The position numbers and the translations under genes were made by a program. The notes below the pieces were generated by a model. That model was not told the DNA's origin and made no database searches. It was given only the letters and a program-made list of their open reading frames with translations. DNA of 64,000 nucleotides from Rhodothermales bacterium (GTDB lineage Bacteria; Bacteroidota; Rhodothermia; Rhodothermales; DASSAV01), in contig JAWLHQ010000003.1 of NCBI GenBank assembly GCA_041690215.1, forward strand, positions 193,792-257,791. The letters run 5' to 3'. Of this stretch, positions 39,477 to 49,968 are shown piece by piece (within the stretch, counting starts at the first letter, position 1; the number at the start of each line of letters is the position of its first letter).

Positions 39477-40574
39477 CTACTCGGGACGGTATTCTTTCGG
39501 AAGCTGATCGGCAACGCGCTCGAACGCAAAATAACCGTAGACGGTCACGCCATACGGATCAACGACCTCGCCGGCTTGATCGACGGCCGTGGGGCCGTCA
39601 GTCAACTCGATCCAGGAGGTCTGCACGCGGTCCGCTCGTCTACGTGCCGCTATCCAGTTCGGAAACGACTTATCCTCCGGCTCATTCAGGTACACGATCT
39701 CCACGACACCGTTGAAATCCAGTTCTACCTCCGGCGCATCCCGGTCTCCATCCAGGAGGTACTTGGCCGGCATCGGATATTTCTCCGTGCTCCAGTGATC
39801 GAAGCCAATCGCATGACGCCCATAGGTTCGGAAACCGGCCTCGTGTGCAGAATCTGCCAGTACCGAAAGCATGAAGTGCCGGAACGAACCATAGAAGGCA
39901 CGCCTACGGTTTTCTTTCCAGCGCATAGCCTCTTCCGCATTTGCCGGCTCCAGCGGTTCGAATAACGGCTCTCCATCGTAACGGACCAGAGTTCCTCGTG
40001 CTTCGAACTCTTTCAGGAAGAAACGAACGCGGTACCCTAGCGCGCGATTTGTGATGATGAGCGGCGCGCTGGCACGCGCAATGAGCCGCCACCTGGGCGA
40101 TTCGAAATCCAGCACATACGGGTTCTCGATTTCCGTAAAGGCTGCTGCGGGCGATTCACCGATGAAGAGTCGCTCGAACTTTTCGAGCCGCTTCCGCCAA
40201 CGCCGGTTCTCCCGGTCCGACACGATGACCTCGGGGATCTCGACCAGGGTTGGCTTGAGCCGGAAAGAAAACGTAAGTTCATCCCCGCGCCGGATCAGGA
40301 GTTCTTTCCGCACCGGCTCGTAGCCCAGCATCGACACGTACAACCGGTGAGCACCTTCGGGCACGTTCGAAAGTGTGAACCGCCCTTCCGCGTTTGCCAC
40401 CGTGCCCATCATGGAGCCAGCGATGAAAACAGTTGCCCCTTCCAGCGGCATGCCGCTCACACTGTCGGCTACCACGCCGGAAAGCGTAACAGACGCTCCC
40501 CCCTGGGCCAGGACCCCCGGCACACCGACCTGGAACCAGACGGCAAATAGCAATAGGAGGACACGGGCACGCAC
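39477..40574 (-). CDS. exported protein with carboxypeptidase-like regulatory (CarboxypepD_reg-like) domain
   Basis: Signal peptide, SG.V.D...G.PL.GATV, G.F.L..VP.G...L.VS.LGY; N.ALGY, YGS.RHF; start uncertain. Confidence 0.75.
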   Translation of the reverse strand: MRARVLLLLFAVWFQVGVPGVLAQGGASVTLSGVVADSVSGMPLEGATVFIAGSMMGTVANAEGRFTLSNVPEGAHRLYVSMLGYEPVRKELLIRRGDELTFSFRLKPTLVEIPEVIVSDRENRRWRKRLEKFERLFIGESPAAAFTEIENPYVLDFESPRWRLIARASAPLIITNRALGYRVRFFLKEFEARGTLVRYDGEPLFEPLEPANAEEAMRWKENRRRAFYGSFRHFMLSVLADSAHEAGFRTYGRHAIGFDHWSTEKYPMPAKYLLDGDRDAPEVELDFNGVVEIVYLNEPEDKSFPNWIAARRRADRVQTSWIELTDGPTAVDQAGEVVDPYGVTVYGYFAFERVADQLPKEYRPE

Positions 40575-40823
40575 GGCGAGAAGCACGTAGGCGGGTGAGA
40601 AGGAATCGGCAAGACACGCGAGCGGCACTCCCTCAGGATGCACGAATGAGCCCGGTGAAAGATCCATCCCGTACGCCTCATCCTGATTAATCCAGGTGAC
40701 AACAATGCTCCAGGCTCGTATTTTCGGCCCGTGTTCGGGCTGACGTATCGAGAATGTTCCGACTGTATTGAACTCTACCACACTGACGCCTAGTGCGTTG
40801 GCGCCAAACCACCGCGAATCCTC

Positions 40824-42344
40824 ATGCCTTACCTGCTCGGAATAGACGTCTCAACGACGGCAACCAAAGCGCTGCTCATCGATGATAGAGGCGATGTCGT
40901 CTCCGTCGCCGCGACGGAGTATTCGTACGAAACACCCCACCCGCTGTGGACGGAACAGGAACCTGCGCTATGGTGGGAAGGGGCCACGCAGAGTATCCGG
41001 CGTGTGTTGCAGCAGTCGCGCATCCGGCCCGATGAAATCGTGGGTATCGGGCTGACCGGTCAGATGCATGGTCTCGTGTTGCTCGACGAAGAAGGCGAAG
41101 TGCTCCGCCCATCGATCCTGTGGAACGACCAGCGTACCGGCAAGCAGGTAGAAGACATCCGTAACATCATCGGGCGCGAACGGCTCATTCAGATCACCGG
41201 TAATGATGCCGTGACCGGCTTTACCGCTCCGAAGATTCTCTGGGTGAAAGAGCACGAGCCGGAATATTTCGAGCGGGCCTGGCATGTGCTGCTGCCGAAA
41301 GACTACATACGCTATCGCCTGACGGGTGAGTTCAAGACGGACAAGGCAGGCGCGGCGGGCACGCTTCTCATGGACATCCGGCAACGCGACTGGTCGTCTG
41401 AAATTCTTCAGGCACTCGACATCCCTGAAACCTGGATGCCGCCTACGCACGAAGGGCCCGAGGTCACCGGTGTCGTTACCGAACAGGCCGCCCGGGAAAC
41501 CGGTCTCGTGCCCGGCATCCCGGTCGTGGGCGGCGGCGGCGATCAGGCTGCAGGCGCCGTCGGTGTGGGCGCTATCCGGGAAGGGGTCGTCTCCATCGTG
41601 CTCGGTACGTCAGGCGTCCTCTTCGCAACGTCGAATGAGCCGTTCATCGAACCGGAAGGCCGTCTGCACTCCTTCTGCCATGCGGTACCGGGCCGGTGGC
41701 ATCTCATGGGCGTCATGCTCTCGGCGGCAGGGAGCTTGCGCTGGTACCGGGATACCCTGGCGCCGGGCATGGATTACGATTCACTCCTGAATGAAACAGC
41801 CCATGTACCCGCAGGTAGCGACGGACTTCTCTTTCTCCCCTATCTCACGGGCGAACGCACACCCTACCCCGATCCACTCGCTCGCGGCGCTTTCGTCGGG
41901 CTCACCGTACGCCATACCCGTGCGCACCTGACCCGATCCGTTCTCGAAGGGGTAGCCTACGGGCTGCGCGACAGCTTCCTGCTCATGCAGCAGGCCGGCC
42001 TTCCGGCACCCGACCAGGTCCGTGTCTACGGCGGGGGCGCCCGGAGTTCGATCTGGCGCCAGATCCTCGCCGACGTACTGAATACGGAAATCGTAACGGT
42101 GAATACGACCGAGGGTGCCGCCTATGGAGCCGCGCTCCTGGCAGGCGTAGGAGCCGGAATCTGGCCCGACGTAGATGCCGCATGCGACCGGACCATCCGC
42201 ATCACCGGCAGCACCATGCCCGACCTGGATAACGCCCGCATCTACACGGCCTACCACCACCGCTACCGCGAGCTCTACCCTGCCCTCAAGCCGACCTTCG
42301 ACCACCTGGCAGAGATATCAACGCAAGAACAAATAGGGGTATGA
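40824..42344 (+). CDS. xylB: xylulokinase (FGGY family)
   Basis: GIDVSTT, TGQMHG, ILWNDQR, GFTAPK, LLPKDY, GGGDQ, LGTSG, FLPYLTGERTP, LEGV, GGGARS..W.Q. Confidence 0.92.
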   Translation: MPYLLGIDVSTTATKALLIDDRGDVVSVAATEYSYETPHPLWTEQEPALWWEGATQSIRRVLQQSRIRPDEIVGIGLTGQMHGLVLLDEEGEVLRPSILWNDQRTGKQVEDIRNIIGRERLIQITGNDAVTGFTAPKILWVKEHEPEYFERAWHVLLPKDYIRYRLTGEFKTDKAGAAGTLLMDIRQRDWSSEILQALDIPETWMPPTHEGPEVTGVVTEQAARETGLVPGIPVVGGGGDQAAGAVGVGAIREGVVSIVLGTSGVLFATSNEPFIEPEGRLHSFCHAVPGRWHLMGVMLSAAGSLRWYRDTLAPGMDYDSLLNETAHVPAGSDGLLFLPYLTGERTPYPDPLARGAFVGLTVRHTRAHLTRSVLEGVAYGLRDSFLLMQQAGLPAPDQVRVYGGGARSSIWRQILADVLNTEIVTVNTTEGAAYGAALLAGVGAGIWPDVDAACDRTIRITGSTMPDLDNARIYTAYHHRYRELYPALKPTFDHLAEISTQEQIGV

Positions 42345-42350
42345 AAAGCC

Positions 42351-44021
42351 CTACTTTTCCTTCCGTAGCACCCATCCTTCCGGATCGACGGTGATGTTCT
42401 GACCGGCTGGAATCACCGCCTCACCGCCGGACATCTCTATGCGCTGCACGCGGTTGCCGATCTTGACGTCTATCGGCATCGGGAACGGCAGATCGTTCGG
42501 GGTCTCCCAGGAAAGCCTGAGCCCATCTCCCACGCGCTCCTGCTTCAACACGGGCAGCGCGGGCTGGCGGAGGTAGACCTCGAAGAACCAGTCCAGGTCG
42601 CGCCCGGAGACCTCCTCGGCCAGCCGGGTGAAGTCCTCCGTATCCACGAACCGGGTCTGACTCCCATCCGTCACGCGCTCCATCTCGGGGGTGGGGTAGG
42701 CAAACCGGCGGAGCAGGGTAAAGAAAGCCTCGTCGCCAATAAGGTAGCGAAGCGTGTGTAGCACGACTGCCCCTTTGTAGTAGATGTCATTGTTCGAGAC
42801 ACCTTTCTGCGCTCCGATGAAATAGACCTGATCCGTCGTTTGCGATTCACGCGGCGCGACGGGCTGGATGTTTAGCAGGTTGCTCTTGAAGCCGGAGATC
42901 ACCTTGTGATACGCTTCCTCGCCGAACAGCTCTTCACTGTAGAGCGCCTGCATGTACTCGGCAAGCCCCTCGTGAAGCCAGAAGTCCTTCCAGTCCGCCG
43001 CCGTCACCAGATTGCCCCACCACTCGTGGGCTAGCTCGTGGAAGTGCAGCCAGTCATAGCCCCAGGGCTCGTCGGAAAAGTTGCTGCCGTACGCGATGAT
43101 CGTCTGGTGCTCCATCCCGAGGTAGGGCGTATGGGCCACTCCATACTTATCGGCTCGAAACGGATACGGCCCCAGCATCTTTTCGAAATAAGCCAGATGA
43201 TCCAGTATCTGCGGGAAGAGCTTCTGGCCCTTCTCATAGGCTTCAGGCAACACCCAGAACGTGGCAGGCACCTCCTCCCCCGTAATGCTACGAAACGTCC
43301 CTTCGATGGTCCGGTACGGCGCGATGTTCAGCGCAACGTTGTAGTTGTTGATCGGCGTGGAGATGAACCAGTGGTAGGTCTTCGTACCGCCTTCGTTCTC
43401 CGTTACGCCGCGCAGGCGGCCGTTCGAGGCGGCTACGAGAGTTCCAGGGACGGTGATGTGGATCGCCATGGAGTCCGGCTCGTCCGACGGATGATCCTTG
43501 ACCGGCCACCACAGATCGGCTCCTTCCCCTTGCAGCGAGGTAGCGATCCAGGGTTCCCCGCTCGCTGTCTGCGTCCATGTGAAGCCACCTCCCCACGGAG
43601 GATTGTCCGCCTCGCGGGGTTTTCCGGCATATCGCACACGCACACGCACTGGCTCCCCTGCTTCATAGCCCCGCCCGAGGTCGATCCACAGCCGCCCTAC
43701 CTGCCGCTCGAACGATACGGATCGTGCGGCGCCGTGTGCATCCAGCACGTCGATGGCTGAGATCGTGAACACCGTGTCGAGGTCCAGGACGAGATACCGG
43801 ATGGGGTTAACGACGTTCGCCTCTGCCGTCAGTACACCTGCAATGGCCCGCTCGTCCGGGTCCACCGTCACGTCGAGATCGTAGTACGTCACATCGTATG
43901 CGGCCTGCTCCGGCAGGAGCGGCCCACCCGAGTCCATGATATCGACGGATTGCGCGCACAGCGGCATGCCACAACCGAGCAGCAATGAACACGCGAGTAG
44001 AAATGAGAATCGATTCGGCAT
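42351..44021 (-). CDS. M1-family zinc aminopeptidase (exported)
   Basis: GMEH, HELAHEWWGN...WLHEG, YYKG; signal peptide; start chosen at MPNRF. Confidence 0.9.
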   Translation of the reverse strand: MPNRFSFLLACSLLLGCGMPLCAQSVDIMDSGGPLLPEQAAYDVTYYDLDVTVDPDERAIAGVLTAEANVVNPIRYLVLDLDTVFTISAIDVLDAHGAARSVSFERQVGRLWIDLGRGYEAGEPVRVRVRYAGKPREADNPPWGGGFTWTQTASGEPWIATSLQGEGADLWWPVKDHPSDEPDSMAIHITVPGTLVAASNGRLRGVTENEGGTKTYHWFISTPINNYNVALNIAPYRTIEGTFRSITGEEVPATFWVLPEAYEKGQKLFPQILDHLAYFEKMLGPYPFRADKYGVAHTPYLGMEHQTIIAYGSNFSDEPWGYDWLHFHELAHEWWGNLVTAADWKDFWLHEGLAEYMQALYSEELFGEEAYHKVISGFKSNLLNIQPVAPRESQTTDQVYFIGAQKGVSNNDIYYKGAVVLHTLRYLIGDEAFFTLLRRFAYPTPEMERVTDGSQTRFVDTEDFTRLAEEVSGRDLDWFFEVYLRQPALPVLKQERVGDGLRLSWETPNDLPFPMPIDVKIGNRVQRIEMSGGEAVIPAGQNITVDPEGWVLRKEK

Positions 44022-44123
44022 GGCTACCCCCGAGGCAACGTCAACTCCAACCGGCATCCCGTGCACGGACGCTCGCGGCATCCAATCAAGACCCGAAATG
44101 CCGGATGCGGAACTACGAACGAA

Positions 44124-46241
44124 CTAACGAACTACCGCTCCGTTTTCTCCCTCCGAGGTCACCGGGAACACCCTGCCTTCCCGGTCTTCTGCCATGAGGA
44201 GCATGCCCTGGCTCTCGAATCCACGCATCTTACGAGGTGCGAGATTCGCCACGACGACCACCCGCTGTCCGACCAATTCCTCCGGCGCCATGAACTCCGC
44301 CACCCCGGCCAGGATCTGACGCTGTTCGAAGCCGAGATCCACCTCCAGGCGCAGGAGCTTGTCCGACTTTGGAACGCGCTCGGCCGTTTTCACTGTCCCC
44401 ATGCGAAGATCTAGCTTCGCGAAATCGTCGAACACGATCTCTGGCTTCAGCGGCTGGTACGGCTTCTCTCCCGGCGTGGTCTCTGCCTCAGTGCCACTTG
44501 CGGCGGCGGCTTCGTGCAGCTTATCGATCTGTGCTTGTATCACGTCATCCTCGATCTTTGTGAACAGAATTTGCGGTTCCCCGAGCACGTGGCCTACCTC
44601 GAGAAGCGGTTTACCGGCATCATCCCAGCCGATCCCGGCACGCACATCGGCGCCAGGACCGCTGGAGCGTACACCCGTCAGATTGAGCATCTCCCGAAGC
44701 CGTGCTGCCGAGAACGGCAGCACCGGCTCCATGAGCACGCTCAACGCCGCACAGATCTGGAGTGAGATGTGAATCGTGTTCGCGGCCTGCTGCGGGTTCG
44801 TCTTGCGCGCGTGCCAGGGCTCGGTGTCGTTGAAGTACTTGTTTCCAAGGCGAGCCAGGTTCATCGTTTCGAACACAGCCTCCCGCATGCGGTAGGATTC
44901 GTACGCCTGTCCGATCCGCTGTGGAAACTCGGCCAGCAGGACAAGCGCCTCACCATCCATCACGGAAGGATTCTCCAGCGGCGGCACTTTCCCGCCGAAG
45001 TACCGTGCGGCAAACGTCGTGGTGCGGTTGACGAAGTTGCCCAGAACGTCGGCCAGTTCCGAGTTCACACGCTGCTGGAAGTCCGACCAGCTGAAGTCGG
45101 AATCTTTCGTCTCCGGCAACGTACACGCCAGCGCATAACGGAGGAGGTCAGGCGGAAACTCATCCAGGTACTCCTGAAGCCAGACGGCCCAGCCTCGGCT
45201 CGTGGATAGTTTGCGGCCCTCCAGGTTCAGGAATTCATTCGCGGGCACGTTGTCCGGCAGCACGTAATCCCCATGCGCCATGAGCATCGCCGGAAACATG
45301 AGGCAGTGGAAGACGATGTTGTCCTTACCGATGAAATGAACGAGTTTCGTCCCCTTATCCTGCCAGTATCGCTTCCATAGGTTCGGGTCGCCCTGTTGCC
45401 TGGCCCACTCCCGTGTGAACGAGATGTACCCGATGGGCGCATCGAACCAGACGTAGATTACCTTTCCCTTTGCGTCCACGCCCACCTTCTGAGCCACATC
45501 TTCCGGCACGGGCACGCCCCAGGAGATATCCCGGGTCATCGCCCGATCCTTGAGCCCCTCCTGCAACCAGCTCTTCACCTGGCCCAGCACGTTCGGCTTC
45601 CAGTCCTGGTGCGTCGCAAGCCAGGCTTCCAGCTTCGGCTGCCAGTCACCCAGCGGCAGATACCAGTGTGTCGTCTCACGCAGTTCCGGCGTGGCATTCG
45701 TCAGGGCACTCCGCGGGTTGATGAGTTCGGTCGGGCTCAGCGAGGAGCCACAGCGCTCGCACTGGTCCCCATACGCATCCTCATAGCCGCAAACGGGGCA
45801 GGTGCCTCGCACGAACCGGTCGGCCAGAAAGATGCCGGCTTCCGGATCGAAGAGCTGCAGTTCCCGCTTGAGCTTGAAGTCCCCCTTCTCGGCAAGCACG
45901 CGGAAGAAATCCTGCGTCGTCTCCCGATGAATGTCACTCGTCGTCCGCCCGTAATGATCGAAACTCATCCCGAAACGGCGGAAACCATCCTCGATCATGG
46001 CATGGTAGCGATCTACCACGTCCTGTGGCGTCACCCCTTCGTTGTACGCCCGCATCATGATCGCGACGCCCAGCTCGTCCGAGCCGCAGATGTAAACGAG
46101 GTCGCGCCCCTTCAGGCGCTGATAACGGCAATAAAGGTCGCCGGGCAGGTAGGCCCCTGCAAGATGGCCCAGGTGAATGGGGCCGTTCGCATACGGGAGT
46201 GCCGACGTGACGAGGATTCGCTGGTATTCCGTTTCGGGCAT
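44124..46241 (-). CDS. metG: methionine--tRNA ligase with C-terminal tRNA-binding domain
   Basis: ALPYANG..HLGH, CPVC/CERC, YVWFDA, GKDN, KLSTS, C-terminal FDDFAKLDLR...RQI. Confidence 0.97.
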   Translation of the reverse strand: MPETEYQRILVTSALPYANGPIHLGHLAGAYLPGDLYCRYQRLKGRDLVYICGSDELGVAIMMRAYNEGVTPQDVVDRYHAMIEDGFRRFGMSFDHYGRTTSDIHRETTQDFFRVLAEKGDFKLKRELQLFDPEAGIFLADRFVRGTCPVCGYEDAYGDQCERCGSSLSPTELINPRSALTNATPELRETTHWYLPLGDWQPKLEAWLATHQDWKPNVLGQVKSWLQEGLKDRAMTRDISWGVPVPEDVAQKVGVDAKGKVIYVWFDAPIGYISFTREWARQQGDPNLWKRYWQDKGTKLVHFIGKDNIVFHCLMFPAMLMAHGDYVLPDNVPANEFLNLEGRKLSTSRGWAVWLQEYLDEFPPDLLRYALACTLPETKDSDFSWSDFQQRVNSELADVLGNFVNRTTTFAARYFGGKVPPLENPSVMDGEALVLLAEFPQRIGQAYESYRMREAVFETMNLARLGNKYFNDTEPWHARKTNPQQAANTIHISLQICAALSVLMEPVLPFSAARLREMLNLTGVRSSGPGADVRAGIGWDDAGKPLLEVGHVLGEPQILFTKIEDDVIQAQIDKLHEAAAASGTEAETTPGEKPYQPLKPEIVFDDFAKLDLRMGTVKTAERVPKSDKLLRLEVDLGFEQRQILAGVAEFMAPEELVGQRVVVVANLAPRKMRGFESQGMLLMAEDREGRVFPVTSEGENGAVVR

Positions 46242-46577
46242 AAGGGTGAATACACTCCTTCCGGAGCAATCTCAAATTTCCTGGCTTGACAGTAGACGAC
46301 CGTACCTGCTCCATGCCATACCGCCGCTGCACACGTGATGCGATACGCCGACAGCAAACCATTTCGACGCATTCCGCATTGCTCGAACTCGGCACAGAGG
46401 CACGCCGTTCGCCGATGAACAAAGCTACTACAGAACGACGTCGGCGCTTGCAAGTTCGTCAAGATCCTTCAAACTGACCGGGCCGGCGCTCATTCACATT
46501 ATATTAAACACACACTCGGTTCAGATTGTGTAATTCCTGTTCCCTCCGGGACACCAGATTCACGAGACCCCAAGTCC

Positions 46578-47183
46578 ATGCAAGGCGACGTGTTCCAGCC
46601 CAGGCAAGCCGAAGTCAGTCGTAACACGAACGAAACCCAGGTATCCGTAACGCTGGGCCTCGACGGCACAGGCCGTTACCAGAACGCGACGGGAGTCGGA
46701 TTCCTCGACCACATGCTGGACCTGTTCGCCCGTCATGGCGGCTTCGATCTAGACGTGCGCTGCAAAGGCGACCTGCATATCGATGAACACCATACCGTTG
46801 AGGACGTCGGTATCACGCTCGGCCAGGCCTTCCGGCAGGCACTCGGCGACAAAGCCTATATCGCACGATACGGCCATGCCTACGTCCCGATGGATGAATC
46901 GCTTGCGCGCGCCGTGGTAGACCTTTCCGGGCGCTTCTATCTCCATTTCGATGCCACCTTCACGCGGGAGCGCGTAGGCGACCTCTCCACGGAACTGGTG
47001 CGGCACTTCTGGTACTCCTTTGCCGAACACCTCGGCTGCAACCTTCACATCTCCGTTCTTCACGGCGACAATACACACCACCAGATCGAGGCGATCTTCA
47101 AAGCAACGGCTCGTGCCCTGCGCACCGCGGTGCACCGGGACGTCGCGCTGGGACAGGTACTCTCAACCAAGGGCGTGATCTGA
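46578..47183 (+). CDS. hisB: imidazoleglycerol-phosphate dehydratase (monofunctional)
   Basis: [37 protein letters not shown]. Confidence 0.96.
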   Translation: MQGDVFQPRQAEVSRNTNETQVSVTLGLDGTGRYQNATGVGFLDHMLDLFARHGGFDLDVRCKGDLHIDEHHTVEDVGITLGQAFRQALGDKAYIARYGHAYVPMDESLARAVVDLSGRFYLHFDATFTRERVGDLSTELVRHFWYSFAEHLGCNLHISVLHGDNTHHQIEAIFKATARALRTAVHRDVALGQVLSTKGVI

Positions 47184-47212
47184 CGCTTTCGGCTGCCACA
47201 AACGAGTACGAA

Positions 47213-47278
47213 GTGTCCACGTGTTCGGGTATTCAGGTAAGAGCACTCCGACACATGGACACATGAACACCCGAACAC
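47213..47278. repeat. inverted octamer tandem arrays (GTGTTCRG/YYGAACAC family)
   Basis: GTGTCCAC GTGTTCGG GTATTCAG ... ATGGACAC ATGAACAC CCGAACAC. Confidence 0.65.
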
Positions 47279-47288
47279 TCTCTTCAAC

Positions 47289-48107
47289 ATGCTCAAAAAC
47301 CACACTGTCGCCATTATCGGAGCCGGCAATATCGGCCGGGCACTCATCGGCGGCCTGTTCAGAGGGCAAGACCTCGATCCGTCGCAGATCCGGGTCACCC
47401 GGCGCTCTCCGGTCCTGCTGGAAGAGATGGAACGGCAATTCCCGGGCATTCATACCGGAACGGATAACGTGGAGGCTGTACGCGGGGCCTCTATCGTCGT
47501 GCTCGCCGTAAAACCGCAGGGTGCTCATGAGGTCATCTCCAGCATTCGAGACCATCTTCGTGATGACACGCTGTTCGTGTCAGTGCTCGCAGGGCTCACG
47601 ACCGAGGCATTGCTGCAGCAGCTCGGGCGGCCAATGCCTATCGTGCGTACAATGCCCAACACACCGATGCTCGTAGACGAAGGCGCTACGGCCATCGCGG
47701 CGGGCCAGTTCGCCACGACGCATCACCTGAACGTCGTCCGTCAGATGTTCGAGGCCGTAGGCAAGGTGGAGGTCGTGCCGGAATATCTAATGGACGCCGT
47801 TACGGGCCTTTCCGGCAGCGGCCCGGCCTATGTCTACATGTTCGTCGAGGCACTCACCGATGCGGGCGTCAAGCAGGGCATCCCCCGCCCCACCGCTCTC
47901 CGGCTGGCCGCACAGACCGTCTATGGTGCAGCCAAGCTCGTGCTGGAAACAGGCAAACACCCGGCTATCCTGCGCGATGAAGTAACCACGCCCGGTGGCA
48001 CTGCCATCGCCGCCGTCGCCGAACTCGAAAGCCACGGCCTTCGTACCATGCTCATCAATGCCGTCGCGACAGCCACCCAGCGATCCAAAGAATTAAGCCA
48101 GGTATGA
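47289..48107 (+). CDS. proC: pyrroline-5-carboxylate reductase
   Basis: IGAGNIG, LAVKPQ, RTMPNTP, TGLSGSGPAY, VTTPGGT. Confidence 0.95.
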   Translation: MLKNHTVAIIGAGNIGRALIGGLFRGQDLDPSQIRVTRRSPVLLEEMERQFPGIHTGTDNVEAVRGASIVVLAVKPQGAHEVISSIRDHLRDDTLFVSVLAGLTTEALLQQLGRPMPIVRTMPNTPMLVDEGATAIAAGQFATTHHLNVVRQMFEAVGKVEVVPEYLMDAVTGLSGSGPAYVYMFVEALTDAGVKQGIPRPTALRLAAQTVYGAAKLVLETGKHPAILRDEVTTPGGTAIAAVAELESHGLRTMLINAVATATQRSKELSQV

Positions 48108-48143
48108 CCGGTCACTTCCCTCCGGCGACCGATCGCAGAGTAT

Positions 48144-48178
48144 TTTGAGATTTCAGATCGTAGATTTTGGACTTTGAG
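48144..48178. repeat. heptamer tandem array (TTTTGGA family)
   Basis: TTTGAGA TTTCAGA TCGTAGA TTTTGGA CTTTGAG. Confidence 0.55.
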
Positions 48179-48239
48179 TTGCCTGCCGCCAGCGCGCTTC
48201 CTCTCTCCTTGCTGACGGCCGAGTGCTGACAACCCCTTC

Positions 48240-48932
48240 ATGATGGTCACAATCATAGACTACGGCATCGGCAACCTGCGCTCGATCGAAAAGGCGTTCC
48301 AGGCGGTCGGAGTCGACGTGTTGCGGACAGATCGGGCGGAGGACATCGAGCGTGCCGAACGGCTGGTGCTCCCCGGAGTAGGCGCGTTCGGTGCCTGTGC
48401 GGACGAGATCCGGCGGCGTGACCTCGAAACTCCGATCCTGGAAGCTGTCGCATCCGGCAAGCCGTTCCTGGGGGTCTGCGTAGGAATGCAGCTCCTCTTC
48501 GACGAAAGTGAAGAGATGGGGGCCCACAGAGGCCTCGGCATCCTGCCGGGACGGATCGTCAAATTTGCACGAGAACTGGTTGCGGCGAGCGGAGCATCCT
48601 GCGAAGCGGCGCCCGGCACCCCCGAATGGGCGGAAGCGGCACCGGAAAAGCCGCTCAAGGTCCCGCACATGGGGTGGAACCGAACCGTATTTGAACGATC
48701 CTCCCCTCTTCTCACCGGCATAGAGGATGGAGCCTACTTCTACTTCGTTCACTCGTACCACGCGGTCCCCGATAATCCGGCGGATATTCTCGCATCCTGT
48801 ACCTATGGCACGGCTTTCCCGGCCATCGTGGAACGGAACAACGTCTATGGCATCCAGTTCCACCCGGAGAAGAGCCAGCAGGCAGGGCTGGATATCTTGA
48901 AAAACTTCAGCATGATACCCGCAAAGACCTAG
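48240..48932 (+). CDS. hisH: imidazole glycerol phosphate synthase glutaminase subunit
   Basis: DYGIGNL.S, LPGVGAF, GVCVGMQ, VPHMGWN, YFVHSY, QFHPEKS. Confidence 0.96.
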   Translation: MMVTIIDYGIGNLRSIEKAFQAVGVDVLRTDRAEDIERAERLVLPGVGAFGACADEIRRRDLETPILEAVASGKPFLGVCVGMQLLFDESEEMGAHRGLGILPGRIVKFARELVAASGASCEAAPGTPEWAEAAPEKPLKVPHMGWNRTVFERSSPLLTGIEDGAYFYFVHSYHAVPDNPADILASCTYGTAFPAIVERNNVYGIQFHPEKSQQAGLDILKNFSMIPAKT

Positions 48933-48968
48933 AAGGCAGGTGATCTTTCCAGATCCACCTGCCTTTTG
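48933..48968 (+). terminator. Rho-independent terminator after hisH
   Basis: AAGGCAGGTG-ATCT/AGAT-C-CACCTGCCTT stem followed by a short T-run. Confidence 0.65.
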
Positions 48969-49076
48969 TCATGTTCAGCCGTGTGTAGCACGTTGGGCAC
49001 GCCGTTTGAACAAGTTCTTATATTACAAGGTTGTAATACCTGACCTTACGCACAGGCATAGCATACGTACGGAATT

Positions 49077-49886
49077 ATGATTCTCGTCATTCCGGCTATC
49101 GATCTTCGCGGCGGAAAATGCGTGCGACTCTATCAGGGCTCCTACGCCCAGGAAACCGTCTACTTCGACGATCCGGTCAAGATGGCGAAGTTGATGCGGG
49201 TCCAGAACGCTCGCACCCTTCACCTGGTCGATCTCGATGCCGCTCGTGGCGGCTCGGAAGACTGCTCGGATAACCGCGATGTCATTAAGGCGATCAGCGA
49301 CACACTCGACATCCCCATCCAGTTGGGCGGTGGCATTCGTACCATCCAGGATGTAGAGGCGGCGCTCGAACTCGGTGTGTACCGGGTCATCATCGGGACG
49401 GCCGCCGTTCGCGATCCCGAAATCGTCTCGGAAGCCGTCGCCCGCTTCGGATGTGGCCGCGTGGCAGTAGGCATCGACGCCCGCGACGGTGAGGTCCGCG
49501 TGCATGGCTGGACGGAAGGAAGCGGCATCGATGCGATCGATCTTGCGCTGGACATGGAGCAGCGTGGATGCCGGCGCATCATCTATACCGATATCAGCCG
49601 TGACGGTACGCTCGCAGGCCCGAACATCGATGCATATCGTGCGCTAGGCGAACGCCTCACGGAGGCCCGTATCACCGTCTCAGGCGGTATCGGCGGGTTC
49701 CAGGATCTCCTCCGCGTGAAAGAGTTGAAGCCGTACCGCGTCGACTCTGTGATCATCGGGCGGGCCCTCTACGAAAACCGGTTCCCCTGCCAGCAATTCT
49801 GGTGCTGGCACCGCAAACAGGACGTCAACCTGGAGCAATTCTCGACCGCCCGGCTCAGAACTGAAGTCGCCGCACAAGATTGCTAA
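49077..49886 (+). CDS. hisA: ProFAR isomerase
   Basis: [44 protein letters not shown]. Confidence 0.95.
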   Translation: MILVIPAIDLRGGKCVRLYQGSYAQETVYFDDPVKMAKLMRVQNARTLHLVDLDAARGGSEDCSDNRDVIKAISDTLDIPIQLGGGIRTIQDVEAALELGVYRVIIGTAAVRDPEIVSEAVARFGCGRVAVGIDARDGEVRVHGWTEGSGIDAIDLALDMEQRGCRRIIYTDISRDGTLAGPNIDAYRALGERLTEARITVSGGIGGFQDLLRVKELKPYRVDSVIIGRALYENRFPCQQFWCWHRKQDVNLEQFSTARLRTEVAAQDC

Positions 49887-49892
49887 CCGCAA

Positions 49893-49962
49893 TTTTGGAT
49901 TGTCGACCCCGGATTGTCTCCCTGGCAGTCCCGTCTCAATAATCCAACATCCAAAATTCAAA
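49893..49962. repeat. inverted heptamer arrays (TTTTGGA/TCCAAAA family)
   Basis: TTTTGGA TTGTCGA CCCCGGA ... TCCAACA TCCAAAA TTCAAA. Confidence 0.6.
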
Positions 49963-49968
49963 TCGTTT

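Noticed and set aside
47213-47278. CRISPR array suggested by GTGTTC-like repeats
   Set aside because: Units are 8 bp, contiguous and inverted, with no 25-40 bp repeats, unique spacers or cas genes
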